Source of the DNA: Macrostomum hystrix
Taxonomy: Eukaryota; Animalia; Platyhelminthes
Length of the DNA: 64,000 nucleotides
NCBI GenBank assembly: GCA_950097015.1
Contig: CATNEN010000034.1
Location: 7,254,001 to 7,318,000, forward strand
Reading direction: 5' to 3'
Each line of letters begins with the position of its first letter. The first letter of the stretch is position 1. Below are positions 63,801-64,000 of this stretch, piece by piece. The notes below the pieces were generated by a model. That model saw only the letters and a list, made by a program, of their open reading frames with translations, searched no databases and was not told where the DNA came from. Both the position numbers and the translations under genes were made by a program.

Positions 63801-64000
63801 GCGAAACATGACGTCACTTTCTGTATATCACCAAAAATCTGATTTTAGCACACTATATCTCTATTATCTCTATCGCAAATTGCTATCTGCTAATCTTTGC
63901 AGCTGCGATCCGCCCTGCATCCCATATCTGGGCATGTACCTCACCGACCTGTCCTTCATCGAGGAGGGCACCTCTAATGTGACGGAAGGCGGGCTGATTA
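45826..64000 (+). CDS. RASGRF: Ras-specific guanine nucleotide-releasing factor (PH-CC-IQ-DH-PH-REM-CDC25), truncated by the window end; exons 45826-46113, 47573-47679, 47753-47909, 50439-50519, 51816-52069, 52882-53266, 53934-54236, 54996-55074, 55654-55841, 56395-56477, 57322-57397, 60739-60935, ~60972-62155, 62312-62492, 62583-63107, 63430-63795, 63903->64000
   Basis: MQKTIRVSD...[17 protein letters not shown] (PH1), KIKK|[14 protein letters not shown] (IQ), [39 protein letters not shown]|[28 protein letters not shown] (REM) and [22 protein letters not shown] (CDC25) closely match RasGRF1/2. GT-AG junctions keep phase. Confidence 0.95.
46905..47030. repeat. 24-bp minisatellite (TACACTACAGTGTACAATTCAATG)n
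   Basis: Direct periodicity in RasGRF intron 1. Confidence 0.85.
47945..48405. repeat. (TTCTAG)n-type hexamer satellite in RasGRF intron 3
   Basis: Explains the poly-LV and poly-S ORFs. Confidence 0.95.
48616..49756 (-). mobile_element. Mariner (DD34D) transposon, TIR-bounded but decayed, 1141 bp, TA target-site duplication
   Basis: TIRs CGAGGGTTGTTCCCAAAGTTCGTGGACAAAC and its near reverse complement at 49726-49756, flanked by TA at 48614-15 and 49757-58. Transposase motifs [23 protein letters not shown] and [13 protein letters not shown] are spread over several frames. Confidence 0.93.
51560..51780. repeat. Tandem duplication of a ~66-bp unit containing GATGACGT
   Basis: TTAGATGACGTTATCAATAATTAGAGCTAAAAATAGAAAAATCGCTGCCCAAGCCTGGCATCCGA is repeated 2-3 times just upstream of the IQ exon. 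Confidence 0.8.
53330..53680 (-). mobile_element. tRNA-head SINE, copy B (B-box segment missing), in a RasGRF intron
   Basis: The reverse complement aligns with 39540-39920 along the body, but the AATTGGTCCATGAGTTCGATT segment of copy A is absent. Confidence 0.68.
54325..54655. repeat. 26-27-bp minisatellite (GGATACCATGCAGAGGTGTCAGACTA)n
   Basis: Direct periodicity in a RasGRF intron. Confidence 0.92.
55215..55505. repeat. 24-bp minisatellite (GTGTCAGAGTAGACACTGGATCAT)n
   Basis: Direct periodicity; each unit contains an imperfect GTGTC/GACAC inverted repeat. Confidence 0.95.
58950..60270. mobile_element. Possible degenerate non-autonomous DNA transposon with piggyBac-like ends
   Basis: Left end TTAACC...TGTCGTTGG; right end CCAACGACA...GGTTGA, with the shared motifs at equal spacing. 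No transposase is recognisable. Confidence 0.3.

Overview
This is eukaryotic (metazoan) DNA with GC-rich exons and AT-rich or minisatellite-filled introns. The style resembles the flatworm Macrostomum, which is an inference from composition only. Minus strand: a TRAF-family RING/zinc-finger gene running off the left edge (absent from the ORF track), RNF217-like RBR E3 ligase, and nucleoporin TPR/Megator (about 2,200 aa after correcting three +1 frameshifts). Middle: two divergent p24/TMED paralogues with identical exon 2-4 lengths flanking an intronless orphan 7TM gene and a Tc1/IS630 relic, then tRNA-Val(CAC), a harmonin-homology+PDZ gene and a MIEN1/SelW-like Rdx-fold ORF without its CxxC. 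Right: a multi-exon RasGRF running off the right edge, with a TIR-bounded mariner in one intron. Most interesting signal: the first recognisable coding exons of TPR and RNF217 both start in phase 0 right after a splice acceptor, with no nearby in-frame ATG, and the genes are only about 0.8 kb apart on one strand. This fits a polycistronic unit resolved by spliced-leader trans-splicing in which the leader's terminal AUG supplies the start codon (hypothesis). Several minisatellites also carry splice-signal-like motifs in the sense orientation. All exon coordinates were read by hand.
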